NCBI GenBank assembly: GCA_036012755.1 | Contig: DASCPX010000107.1 | Location: 23,828 to 87,827 of the forward strand | Direction: 5' to 3' | Length of the DNA stretch: 64,000 nucleotides | Origin: Myxococcota bacterium | GTDB lineage: Bacteria > Myxococcota_A > UBA796 > CAJQPC01 | Shown: in pieces, positions 48,237-57,271 of the stretch | Layout of the letters: the number at the start of each line of letters is the position of its first letter | How positions within the stretch are numbered: the stretch's first letter is position 1 | Notes under the pieces: model-generated | What the model saw: the letters and a program-made list of their open reading frames with translations, nothing else | Told to the model about the DNA's origin: nothing | Database searches by the model: none | Program-made: the position numbers and the translations under genes

Positions 48237-49280
48237 ATGCTTCTGAGCCTCGCGCTCATGCTCGGTCTGGCTGACGCCGCCGAGGTGACGACAAAGGACA
48301 CCGGCCACGTCCAGAACCCTGTGTGGTCTCCGGACGGCCAGTGGGTGGCCTTCGAAATCAACAACATGTCCAACTCGGTCGAGCTCTGGCTCGCCAAGGT
48401 CCAAGGGGCGAACCCGGGCTCTCCGACGGAGCTGCGCATTCCAGGCGCGTCGACGACCTTTGGGACAGGCGGCTACCTAGCGGCTTCGCCGACGTGGGCC
48501 TCCAAGCCCTCGCTGATGCTGATCTTCGAAGGCAGCAACCCCGGCGGGACGATGCGGCTCTACTACGCCACGCCGGGAGCCGGCGCGCCAAACGAGCTCA
48601 TCCAGGCCAGCCAGCTGGCCGGCAACCTGAGCGCGCCATCGATGTCGACCTCGGGGGAGCGCTTCGCCTTCGTGTCGGACAGCAGCGGCAACGGCGACAT
48701 CTACGTCTGGCAGATCCAGAGCGGTGACATGGAGGTCACCTTCACCACCCAGCAGTCAGAGCACTTCCCGGCCTGGAACGACGCCGGCGACACGCTCGCG
48801 CTCTCGCGCAAGAACAACGGCACAGAGGACCTCTTCACCTGGACGACTGCGGTCCCCGGGATGAAGCCGCTCAAGGGCGGAAACGGTGACCAGACCAGGC
48901 CCGTGTGGGTCGATGATCAGGTCGCCTACTTCACCTCTGAGAGGGGCGAGGGCCTCTGGGACATCGCCATCACCGGCTCCGGTGGCAAGCGCACGGTCGT
49001 CGCCCGCAACGTCAGGCTCCCGGTGCGCTCGGCGCCGGCGATCTCGCCCGACGGCCAGTGGGTCGCCTACGGCACGATGACCGCCGAGCTCGACGACCAG
49101 ATCCTGCTGACGCGACTCGATGGCTCGAAGACGGTCGAGATCAAGACAGGGCACAAAGCCTGCGGCGAACCCTCCCTGATCGAGACCGACGGCCGCCTGC
49201 TGCTCGCCTACACGGGTCTTCCGGACGAGGGCAGCGACTGGCGACGCCTGCACGTCATCGACATCACAGGCGAGATCTAG
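48237..49280 (+). CDS. TolB-like beta-propeller (PD40 repeats)
   Basis: NPVWSPDGQWVAF, FPAWNDAG, RPVW and PAISPDGQWVAY repeats; no TolB N-domain. Confidence 0.85.
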   Translation: MLLSLALMLGLADAAEVTTKDTGHVQNPVWSPDGQWVAFEINNMSNSVELWLAKVQGANPGSPTELRIPGASTTFGTGGYLAASPTWASKPSLMLIFEGSNPGGTMRLYYATPGAGAPNELIQASQLAGNLSAPSMSTSGERFAFVSDSSGNGDIYVWQIQSGDMEVTFTTQQSEHFPAWNDAGDTLALSRKNNGTEDLFTWTTAVPGMKPLKGGNGDQTRPVWVDDQVAYFTSERGEGLWDIAITGSGGKRTVVARNVRLPVRSAPAISPDGQWVAYGTMTAELDDQILLTRLDGSKTVEIKTGHKACGEPSLIETDGRLLLAYTGLPDEGSDWRRLHVIDITGEI

Positions 49281-49282
49281 CA

Positions 49283-50443
49283 CTAGCGAAAGAAGGTCGC
49301 GAGCTGCTCTTCGCAGTCCCGCGCGTCCTCCCAGCCCAGGCGCTCGATCTCGGCGGTGTAGCTGCGGTCGAAGAACAGGTAGGACATCAAGTCGGCCTCG
49401 CCGCCCTCGCGGTCGCTGATGAGGTCGAGGAGCAAGCGCGTCGCTCGAGTCAGGCGCGGGGCTGCGGCCACGTAGGCGGCGGCGCAGACCTCGCCCAGGT
49501 CGGCTCGGGGAAGCACGAGCGCGCTCTCCACGCGTCGGTAGCCACGACCTCGGTGCTTCGAGATGACGGCGTTGAAGCGGTCGATGAAGTCCACGCCATA
49601 GTTCTCGGTCCCCCAGTCGAAGATGGCGTTGAGCCGGTCGAGTCGCGTGAGGTCCTGCTCCAGGGGGTCGAGCATGAGCGCGTTGAGCACCTTGCCGAGC
49701 AGGAAGACGAGGTTCGGGTTCTCGTTGGCGTCGGCGAGGGCCTCCTCCGAGCGAACGTCGAAGGGACGCTTGACGCCGATGACGAGGACCTTGTCAGCGC
49801 CCATGCGGAGCGCCGGGGACAGCGGGGTGTTCTGCCGCAAGCTGCCATCGACGTAGCGAAGGCCGTCGACGTTGATCGGCGGGAAGAGGAAGGGGATGGC
49901 TGCGCTCGCAAGGGCGTGCTCCGGGCCGAGCGTGACCTCTCGAACCCGGACCTGGGGGTAGGGGATGTCGCCGACGCCGGCGCCTTCGATGAACAGCGTC
50001 GACCGTCCCGTGGCGACCTCGGTCGCGGAGAGCGCGACGGCCGCCAGCGTGCCCTCGCCCAGGGCCCGCCGGATTCCGGCGAAGGGGAAGAGCCTGCGCA
50101 CGAGGTCGTGTAGAGGCCGGGCGTCGAGGAAGGAGGCGCCGATGTCCGGGTCCGCTTGCCAGAGCTTGGCCGGGCTGCGCAAGAGGTCCAGCGAGTCGAA
50201 GGACCAGATGTCGCCGACCTCCATCCTGCGCCAGATGTGTGAGAGGCCCCGTCCGGAGCCGGGGTTCGTGCCGTTGCCTGCGATCCAGCACCCATTGAGG
50301 GCGCCGACCGAGGTGCCGCTGATGATGTCGATCGCCAATGGCTTGTCGAGCCGTGGCCCGATCTCGTTGGTCAGGAACCGCAGGACGCCAGCTTCGTAGG
50401 CGCCTCGGGCGCCGCCACCAGAGAGGACCAGGGCGGTGGTCAC
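49283..50443 (-). CDS. Patatin-like phospholipase
   Basis: LVLSGGGARGAY, GTSVG (GxSxG), ASAAIPFLF and YVDG motifs. Confidence 0.93.
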   Translation of the reverse strand: MTTALVLSGGGARGAYEAGVLRFLTNEIGPRLDKPLAIDIISGTSVGALNGCWIAGNGTNPGSGRGLSHIWRRMEVGDIWSFDSLDLLRSPAKLWQADPDIGASFLDARPLHDLVRRLFPFAGIRRALGEGTLAAVALSATEVATGRSTLFIEGAGVGDIPYPQVRVREVTLGPEHALASAAIPFLFPPINVDGLRYVDGSLRQNTPLSPALRMGADKVLVIGVKRPFDVRSEEALADANENPNLVFLLGKVLNALMLDPLEQDLTRLDRLNAIFDWGTENYGVDFIDRFNAVISKHRGRGYRRVESALVLPRADLGEVCAAAYVAAAPRLTRATRLLLDLISDREGGEADLMSYLFFDRSYTAEIERLGWEDARDCEEQLATFFR

Positions 50444-51204
50444 AGCTCCAGCTCCAGCGAGACGGGGCAGTGGTCCGAGCCGAGCACCTCGGCGTGGATG
50501 CCGGCGTCCCTGACGTTGTCGCGGAGATCCTCGCTCACCAGCCAGTAGTCCAGGCGCCACCCGACGTTTCGCCCCCGCGCGCCCGCGCGGTTCGTCCACC
50601 AGCTGTAGTGACCGCCGTCGGTGTGGAACATGCGGAAGGTGTCGACGAACCCGGCAGCGAGGAGCCGGTCGAGCCAGACGCGCTCCACGGGGAGGAAGCC
50701 GCTGTTCTTCGTGTTCGCCTTCGGCCGCGCGAGGTCCAGCTCGGTGTGCGAGGTGTTCAGGTCGCCCGTGATCGCGACGCGCTGGCCTCGGCCCCTGAGC
50801 TTGCAGCAGTGGGCGAGCAAATCGGCGTAGTAATCCAGCTTGAAGGCGAGGCGCTCTGGGCTCGCGCCTCCGTTCGGGAAGTAGCCGTTGACCAGGGTCA
50901 GGCCGCCCTCGAGCTCGACGAGCAGGGTGCGTCCCTCTGCGGCGTAGCGAGGCGCGAAGTCGTGGAAAACGGCGCGGATCGGCACACGGCTGAAGACGGC
51001 GACGCCGGAGTAGCCCTTGCGCTCGCCGTTGTGCCAGACCATCTCGTAGCCCTGGAGTCGCTCGAGGTCGGCCGGCTCCTGCCCGGCGGACAGGCGGGTC
51101 TCCTGGAGGCAGATGACGTCCGGCTGGTCAGCCAGCGCCCAGTCGACGAAGCCCTTCCGCGCGCAGGCCCGCAAGCCGTTGACGTTCCACGAAACCAGCC
51201 TCAC
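50440..51204 (-). CDS. xth: Exodeoxyribonuclease III (AP endonuclease)
   Basis: SWNVNGLRA, CLQET, GDLN, YSWW, GWRLDY and GSDHCPV motifs. Confidence 0.96.
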   Translation of the reverse strand: MRLVSWNVNGLRACARKGFVDWALADQPDVICLQETRLSAGQEPADLERLQGYEMVWHNGERKGYSGVAVFSRVPIRAVFHDFAPRYAAEGRTLLVELEGGLTLVNGYFPNGGASPERLAFKLDYYADLLAHCCKLRGRGQRVAITGDLNTSHTELDLARPKANTKNSGFLPVERVWLDRLLAAGFVDTFRMFHTDGGHYSWWTNRAGARGRNVGWRLDYWLVSEDLRDNVRDAGIHAEVLGSDHCPVSLELEL

Positions 51205-52208
51205 TCATCCGCCTCGAGGTCGATGTGCTCGAGCTCCGGCGCGATCTCCCTCATCTTGTCCTCGATGTCGGACTCCTCGATGTCCAGCTGGTGGAGCAGG
51301 CTCTCGCCGAACTCGATGAGGAAGGCGCGCATCTCCTCCTCCGTGTTCACGCTGGCCCAGATGGCCTCGAGGTCCATGCCCTCCAGCGCGTTGGCTGCGA
51401 TGACATGCCCGTCGAAGTCCACCTCTGCCTTGAAGCGGGCCGTGTTCGCCCCGAGCACGGTGGCCTTGACGTCGTCGACGCCCTCGACGGCTTCGTGCTC
51501 GGCTATGGCGGCGATGAGGCTGTCCCGCTTCACGGGGTCCATCGAGCGGTCGAGGAGGTAGTCCTTGTTCTTGCGGATGAGGAAGATGGCGAGCGCCCCC
51601 AACAAGGCGCCGATGCAGATGCTGCCGACGCCGTCCCAGACACCGTTCTGCGTGATGTCCGCGATCACCAGCGCGATGGCTGCGATGACGATGCCGATGC
51701 AGGCGGCGCTGTCCTCGATGAGCACCGCGACCCCCATCGGGTCGGGGCCGTCCTTGATGTACTCCAGCATGCTCAGGCCAGCCTGCCGGGACTGGTCCTG
51801 CACCGCCTTGAGCGCGACGAGGAAGGTCGCGCCCTCGATGACGAAGCTGAGGGCGAGGATGACGAAGGCGGCGGTGAGGTCCTCTGGCGTCTCCGGATGG
51901 AGGATCGAGTGGATGCCGTGCATCACGGTGACGCCGCAGCCGAGGAAGAAGATGCCGACGGCCGAGATCAGCGCCCAGGAGAACTGGGCGCGCCCGTAGC
52001 CATAGGGGTGGTCGGCGTCGGGCTCCTTCTCCGAGTGCCGGATCCCGACGGCAAGCAGGGCCTGGTTGCCGACGTCCGCGATGGAGTGGATGCCCTCTGA
52101 CAACATCGCGCCCGAGCCGGTCAGGAAGAAGCCCGCCAGCTTCGCGATCGCGACCAGGGTGTTCGCGCCGATGGCCGCGTAGACGGCCGTTTTCGAGCCT
52201 CCGGCCAC
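51201..52208 (-). CDS. Cation diffusion facilitator, ZnT9/SLC30A9-like
   Basis: GSGAMLSEGIHSIAD, HPYGYG, VLIEDSAA, RFKAEVDFDG and HIDLE motifs. Confidence 0.9.
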   Translation of the reverse strand: MAGGSKTAVYAAIGANTLVAIAKLAGFFLTGSGAMLSEGIHSIADVGNQALLAVGIRHSEKEPDADHPYGYGRAQFSWALISAVGIFFLGCGVTVMHGIHSILHPETPEDLTAAFVILALSFVIEGATFLVALKAVQDQSRQAGLSMLEYIKDGPDPMGVAVLIEDSAACIGIVIAAIALVIADITQNGVWDGVGSICIGALLGALAIFLIRKNKDYLLDRSMDPVKRDSLIAAIAEHEAVEGVDDVKATVLGANTARFKAEVDFDGHVIAANALEGMDLEAIWASVNTEEEMRAFLIEFGESLLHQLDIEESDIEDKMREIAPELEHIDLEADE

Positions 52209-52209
52209 T

Positions 52210-52851
52210 TCAGAACCAGACGCAGGTGCGCTCGGTGATCCAGTTCACGGCGGTGGAGTCGTAGTAGCCGCTGGCGAACTGGTTTCCGCTGTCGCCGAAG
52301 AAGAAGTCGGCGGTGCCGTCGTCGTTCTCCCGCACGTCGTAGGTGTAGCTCCAAGGCGCTGGGTCCCAGAGATCGCTGGGGCAGTCGGTGCTACCGGTGT
52401 CGACCTCTGCGTCGAAGCTGAGCCCGTAGTTGCAGCTGTTGCACGTGTTCGCGTCGGTCTGGGTCGCCGTGATGGTCCAGACGACCTCGCAGTCCAGGCC
52501 CCCGTTCCACTCGCTGGTGCCGAACAGCAGCCACCTCTCGGTGCCGGTCCAGTCCGCCTTGTCGTACCAGGCCGTGTAGTAGGAGGTCGCTCCAGCCTGG
52601 TCCTCGTAGCCCGAGGCCGTGTCGCAATAGGTCGTGTCGATGCCTTCCGTGGGGTCGGTCAGGGTGTCCGTGTCCGTGTCCGAGTCGGTGTCCGCGTCGG
52701 CGTCGGTGTCGGTGTCCGAGTCCGCGTCCGCGTCCGAGTCGGTGTCGGTGTCGGTGTCGGAGTCGGCGTCGGTGTCGGCGTCAGCCTCGCTTCCGGAGTC
52801 CGAGGTGTCCTTGTCGCCACAGGCGAAGGAGAAGAGGAGTAGCGTCATCAT
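52210..52851 (-). CDS. Lipoprotein with Asp-X dipeptide repeat linker and Cys-containing C-domain
   Basis: FACGDK lipobox; (DA/DT/DS)n tract. Confidence 0.8.
   Translation of the reverse strand: MMTLLLFSFACGDKDTSDSGSEADADTDADSDTDTDTDSDADADSDTDTDADADTDSDTDTDTLTDPTEGIDTTYCDTASGYEDQAGATSYYTAWYDKADWTGTERWLLFGTSEWNGGLDCEVVWTITATQTDANTCNSCNYGLSFDAEVDTGSTDCPSDLWDPAPWSYTYDVRENDDGTADFFFGDSGNQFASGYYDSTAVNWITERTCVWF
52663..52786 (-). repeat. 6-bp-unit coding tandem repeat (Asp-Ala/Thr/Ser)n
   Basis: gtcggt/gtcggc/gtccga units, about 20 dipeptides. Confidence 0.9.
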
Positions 52852-52878
52852 GAGCACCTTGTAGCACCAGTCGGGGAG

Positions 52879-54540
52879 TCATTCCACGTAGCCGAGCGCC
52901 TCCAGGCCGCCAGGCGCTTCTCCCCCCGCCGCGGCCTCGGGCTCGCGCACGTTGACCCGGCCTCCGACCGTGGCCTCGAGGTCCGAGTCGTAGAGGGTGC
53001 CTTGGACGACCCGCGCTGCGCGGCGCTGCCCGAAGACCTCGCCATCGAGGTGCGCCGGGGGCGTCAGACCGAGGTGGTCGAGCAAGCTCGGCAACAGATC
53101 CACCTGGGAGACCTTGTCGCGAGAGACACGTGGCGGCCTGTCACTGCCCCAGCGCACCACCAGCGGCACCTGGACGACCTCCTCGACGATCGCGTGGCCG
53201 TGCTCGACGCCGCCGGACTCCCAGAACTCCTCTCCGTGATCGCTCGTCAGGACGATGAGAGCGTCGCCGAGACCCCGGGACTCGAGGCCGTCGAGGAAGG
53301 TGGTGATCTCTCGATCGACGTAGTCCACTTCGCGCTGGTAGGCCTCTTGCACCTCGGGCCGTGCCTCTGGTCTGAGGCGTCCCTGGCGGAGGTCCCGTAC
53401 GTCCACGTCGTCGTATGCCTCGACGTGGTGGTAGGGCAGGTGGGGGTCGAGGAAGTGCAGCCAGAGAAACACGGGGTCGTCGCCGGTGTGGTCGAGCCAG
53501 CGGAAGGCTTCGTCGACGACACGTCGGGCGTCCCCCGGCGATCGCGGCGTGCTGCGCAGGTCGAAGCCGCGCCCGGCGAGCCCGAGGCCGACCGGGTCGA
53601 GAGGGGCACGCATCGACAGGTTGCGCCAGTGGCCGAAGCCAGTCTCCAGGCCGTACCCGACGAAGGGGTTCGTAACGACCGCCGCTGTGTCCAGGCCCTC
53701 CTGCGACAGGTACTCGGCGAGGGTCTGGTGGCTGGGGTCGACCGGGCGGATCTCCAGCCACCCGGTGCCCACGCGCGCCCCACCGTGGGAGGCGGGATCC
53801 AGTCCGGTGTGGAGCGACGCCAGGGCTGGGAGCGTCCAGGTCGAGCTGGCGGTCGCGTCGGTGAAGACATCGCCGTGTTCAGCGAGGGCGGCGTAGCTGT
53901 GCATGGCCTCGCCAGCGTCCTTGCGGAGCGTGTCGACGGTGATCAGGACGATGCTGCCCGAGCGCTCCGGGATGGGGTCCTTGATGTCGAGGGCCAGGGC
54001 GGGGGCGAGGACGAGCAGCGCCAGGGCGAGCTTGTCCTTCCAGGCACCGAGCAGGGCGGCGGGGAGCAGGCAGGCCAGCCAGGGCAGGCCATCGACGACG
54101 GCGAGCGCCGTGGTCTGGACGTCTCCGTGTCCGCCGTACCAGATCTCCATCAGCAGGCGGCCGCAAGGGACCAAGGGCGCCGCGAGCACCGCCAGCGGGG
54201 CGCCGACCCAGGGCAGGCGCTCCTCCAGATCCGCGCCTGCGTAGCCTATGCCCAGCGCGATGAAGCCGACCCCCATCACCGACAGGATGCGGGTGGGGCC
54301 ATCGACGGCGATCAGCGCCCCCAGGGCCAGGGCCCATCCCAGGGCGGAGAAGGGACCCCGCAGGACCTTCAGGTAGGACAGCCAGGCGTGCAGCGCTCCG
54401 AGCCCGAGCAACACCAGGCACTCGATGAGGGCGCCCGCCAGGCTCGGCTGGGGAGTGAGCACCCGAGCGAGGGCCAGCTCAGAGGCCGCGATGGCCGCCC
54501 AGCCGATCAGTACAGTGGTGCGTTCGCCCGGGGTTACCAT
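52879..54540 (-). CDS. Membrane-anchored sulfatase-like (alkaline phosphatase superfamily) protein
   Basis: N-terminal TM helices; VLITVDTLR, WTLPALASLHTG, HFLDPHLPY, TSDHGEEFWE..HG and VPLVV motifs. Confidence 0.88.
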   Translation of the reverse strand: MVTPGERTTVLIGWAAIAASELALARVLTPQPSLAGALIECLVLLGLGALHAWLSYLKVLRGPFSALGWALALGALIAVDGPTRILSVMGVGFIALGIGYAGADLEERLPWVGAPLAVLAAPLVPCGRLLMEIWYGGHGDVQTTALAVVDGLPWLACLLPAALLGAWKDKLALALLVLAPALALDIKDPIPERSGSIVLITVDTLRKDAGEAMHSYAALAEHGDVFTDATASSTWTLPALASLHTGLDPASHGGARVGTGWLEIRPVDPSHQTLAEYLSQEGLDTAAVVTNPFVGYGLETGFGHWRNLSMRAPLDPVGLGLAGRGFDLRSTPRSPGDARRVVDEAFRWLDHTGDDPVFLWLHFLDPHLPYHHVEAYDDVDVRDLRQGRLRPEARPEVQEAYQREVDYVDREITTFLDGLESRGLGDALIVLTSDHGEEFWESGGVEHGHAIVEEVVQVPLVVRWGSDRPPRVSRDKVSQVDLLPSLLDHLGLTPPAHLDGEVFGQRRAARVVQGTLYDSDLEATVGGRVNVREPEAAAGGEAPGGLEALGYVE

Positions 54541-54565
54541 CCCTGCCATCGTACGGGAGGAGCGC

Positions 54566-55537
54566 GTGTTCCTGCTGCTGGCGAGCGCTCACGGCGCCGA
54601 CCTCGACTTCGGCTACACCCCCACACTCGGCCCTGGCGAGAAGCCTGCGCTGTACGTCACGCCGAACCGACCGCTCAAGGAGCTCCAGGTCGCCTGCGAG
54701 CCAGGTGGCAGCTGGACGAAGACGGGGCTCTCGGGCGGGGAGAAGTTGACCTTCACATTGCCTCGGGACCCGGCCGTGACCTCGGCCGAGTGCACCGTCC
54801 GCGCCGAGTTCGAGGACGGCTTCCTGGACGAGATCGTGATCCCGTTGGAGTGGGAGATCGGCGGCAGCCTCAGCGTGGACCTCTCCCGCGCCTCGGCTGA
54901 CATCACGGAGCACACGCTGACGGTGAAGGTGACGGGCTACGTCGAGACCGCCCAGATCGTCGCCTATGGCGAGGGGAAGACCGAGCGGGAGCGCGCCACG
55001 GTGCAGGTGGGCGACGGCCCGGGGGACATCACCCTGCCGTGGACCGGTGACCCTGGCGAGGTGGTGCTGCTCGACGTGAAGCTCGAGAACTCCAGCGCCT
55101 GGGCAGGCTTCACCTTCAGCCCCTGGTTCCTCGACATCCCACACGACGACGTGCTCTTCGCGACGGACTCCGATGTGATCGAGCAGGACGAGGAGTGGAA
55201 GCTCGAGGCCACGCTGGCGGATCTGAACCGGGTGCTCGACAAGTACGGCGAGGTCGTCCCCGTGAAGCTCTACATCGCGGGGTGCACCGACACGGTCGGG
55301 GACGGCGCCTCCAACCGCAACCTCTCCAGCCGCCGCGCGAAGGCCATCGCGAAGTGGCTGAGATCGCATGGCTATTCCGAGCCGATCTACTACCATGGCT
55401 TCGGCGAGGGGCTCCTGGCCGTGCCGACCGGGGACGGTGTGGACGAGCAGTCCAACCGGCGGGCGCTCTACCTCGTGGGCGCCTCGCCACCGCCTGCGGG
55501 CTCTGGCATCCCTGCGGTGTCCTGGCAGGCCCTCTGA
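54566..55537 (+). CDS. OmpA-family peptidoglycan-binding protein with N-terminal beta domains
   Basis: GGAGG RBS; VLFATDS, AGCTDTVG..NRNLSSRRAKAI, GFGE and NRRA motifs. Confidence 0.88.
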   Translation: MFLLLASAHGADLDFGYTPTLGPGEKPALYVTPNRPLKELQVACEPGGSWTKTGLSGGEKLTFTLPRDPAVTSAECTVRAEFEDGFLDEIVIPLEWEIGGSLSVDLSRASADITEHTLTVKVTGYVETAQIVAYGEGKTERERATVQVGDGPGDITLPWTGDPGEVVLLDVKLENSSAWAGFTFSPWFLDIPHDDVLFATDSDVIEQDEEWKLEATLADLNRVLDKYGEVVPVKLYIAGCTDTVGDGASNRNLSSRRAKAIAKWLRSHGYSEPIYYHGFGEGLLAVPTGDGVDEQSNRRALYLVGASPPPAGSGIPAVSWQAL

Positions 55538-55538
55538 G

Positions 55539-56060
55539 TCACCAGGAGTAGGTGACCGACTGATCCGAGAGGTGGACGATCACAGGCGATGAGCCTGCCC
55601 AGGTCTGGAAGGGGCTCAGATCCCAGCTGTGGGACTCGGTGATGTAGGCCTCGCAGTCGTCGCCGTTGGCGTTGTGGCCGAGGGTCACCCAGGTCTCCGT
55701 GGGGTTCGAGTCCGTGAGGACTCCGTCCCAGCAGAGCTCGAAGTCGTGGTCCTGGCAGCCGCCGCTGTAGCTGACCTCGAGGGTGAGCGTGTCGCCGCTG
55801 AGGCCCATGCTGTTGAGCGCGTAGGCGTCGGTGTGGGCCGGGGTGCACTGCTCCACCTGCGGACTGACATCGGTGTCCGAGTCAGCGTCGGTGTCGGCGT
55901 CCGCGTCAGCATCGGCGTCAGCGTCGGCGTCGGTGTCCGAGTCGGCGTCGGTGTCGGTGTCGGTGTCGCTGTCCGCGTCAGTATCCGCGTCGGCCTCGAC
56001 GGCCCCCGAGTCGACGGGCTCCTTGTCGCCGCATGCCACTGAAAGCAGCAGGAAGATCAT
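55539..56060 (-). CDS. Lipoprotein with Asp-X repeat linker and small beta-sandwich (NigD-C-like) domain
   Basis: GGAGG RBS; VACGDK lipobox; GDTLTLEVSYSGGC..HDF..HNANGDDCEA..WDL. Confidence 0.78.
   Translation of the reverse strand: MIFLLLSVACGDKEPVDSGAVEADADTDADSDTDTDTDADSDTDADADADADADADTDADSDTDVSPQVEQCTPAHTDAYALNSMGLSGDTLTLEVSYSGGCQDHDFELCWDGVLTDSNPTETWVTLGHNANGDDCEAYITESHSWDLSPFQTWAGSSPVIVHLSDQSVTYSW
55869..55995 (-). repeat. 6-bp-unit coding tandem repeat (Asp-Ala/Thr/Ser)n
   Basis: Encodes ADADTDADSDTDTDTDADSDTDADADADADADTDADSDTD. Confidence 0.9.
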
Positions 56061-56090
56061 GTTTCCTCCAGACTGCCCTGCACGGAGAGC

Positions 56091-56717
56091 CTATCCCATG
56101 GAAGCCAGGAGTCGCTCGGCCAGCGCGGTGAGGCCACGCACGGTGTCCTTGAGCTGCTCGATGCGCCCGGCCATCATCAGGTCGGTGAGGGGATTGTCGA
56201 AGTAGATGTCGGCCGCGGCCATGCCCATGCCGATGTCCTCTGGCCGTCCTGCGTCTGCGTCATCGCCGAGGAGGTAGAGCGCGTCCTTGATCAGGGCGCG
56301 GGCCTGCTCGGCGTCCTGGAGCGCGCGCTGCATCAGCTGCTGCTTCTCAGAGCCCTCCCCGGCGATGCCAGAGGGGTCGCTGCCGATGCCGATGATGTCG
56401 TGGACCGAGGCGATCACCGCGCCATCCAGGGTCCCCGTGGCCGCGCTGAGGAGGCTCCGGGCGTCCTCCAGCTCCTTCCGCGCTTTTGCGCGCTTCCGCT
56501 CGGGTGAGAGCCTGTCCACCTCCCTGCGGGCCGCTGCCTCGTGAGCGGCGGCGAGTCCAGAGCCGCCCTCGTACCCGCAGCTGAGGCAACGGTAGGCCTT
56601 CGGGGCCAGCTCATCGAGCTTCTTGCTGCCACAGGCGACACACTCGGTGTCGGAGATGTTCTCCTTCGCCGCGCGGTCCAGCTTGAATGCCTGCCAGATC
56701 GCCTTCAGGATGTACAC
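56091..56717 (-). CDS. Hypothetical protein with zinc-ribbon (CxxC...CxxC) and helical C-terminus
   Basis: CVACG..YRCLSCGY; GTG start after GGGGG chosen tentatively. Confidence 0.6.
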   Translation of the reverse strand: MYILKAIWQAFKLDRAAKENISDTECVACGSKKLDELAPKAYRCLSCGYEGGSGLAAAHEAAARREVDRLSPERKRAKARKELEDARSLLSAATGTLDGAVIASVHDIIGIGSDPSGIAGEGSEKQQLMQRALQDAEQARALIKDALYLLGDDADAGRPEDIGMGMAAADIYFDNPLTDLMMAGRIEQLKDTVRGLTALAERLLASMG

Positions 56718-56738
56718 GAAGACCCCCAGACAACGGGT

Positions 56739-57268
56739 ATGGACGAATAGCAAAAAGCCACTGTCTTCGTACTCGATCGGCGAGCACGTGTCGCCGACGA
56801 AGTCACCCTCGCCCTGGCCGGTCGCTTCCGGGTCGAGCACGCCCGCAACGCCCTGGCGGTCGAGCAGCTGCTCTCGGAGACGATGCCGCTTGTGGTCACT
56901 GTGCACGCCAGCCAGCTGCAGGTGGTCCCCTCGCTCAGGAAGGCCACGGGCCCGGGCTGCCTGTTCATCGGCTACGGCGCGCTCTCCTTCGCTGACCCGG
57001 CGCGTGGGCTCCCGAGGGAGCGGCAGCTGGAGAAGCTCCAACTGGACGACTTCGTCGATCGGCAGCTCACGGGCGAGGATGTCGGCAAGCTCGTCTGGAA
57101 CCACGTCTCCGCTGTGATCCGCACGGCGTCGAAGCCCGAGGACCAGCCCGCCGAGGGCGAAGAGCAGGCCTGGACACGCATCCTGACCAGCGAGGCGAGC
57201 TCCTCACGGCCCGCGTCTCGGGCACCGCGCTCAAGAAGATGTTGACGAAGAAGATCGGGTCCGACTGA
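56739..57268 (+). pseudogene. Disrupted receiver-like gene (early TAG and 3' frameshift)
   Basis: ATG GAC GAA TAG then ATVFVLD...RFRVEHARNALAVEQLLSETMPLVV. After about 57197 the GC3-rich frame switches to ELLTARVSGTALKKMLTKKIGSD*. Confidence 0.45.
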
Positions 57269-57271
57269 GCG

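Noticed and set aside
37983..49280. Calling the operon Tol-Pal, Glt gliding machinery or a Sus-like system
   Set aside because: No TolQRA/Pal, AglRQS or TonB-dependent receptor is present, and I cannot recognise specific Glt orthologs.
52663..55995. Tandem repeats as a possible CRISPR array
   Set aside because: 6-bp coding units with no unique spacers and no cas genes.
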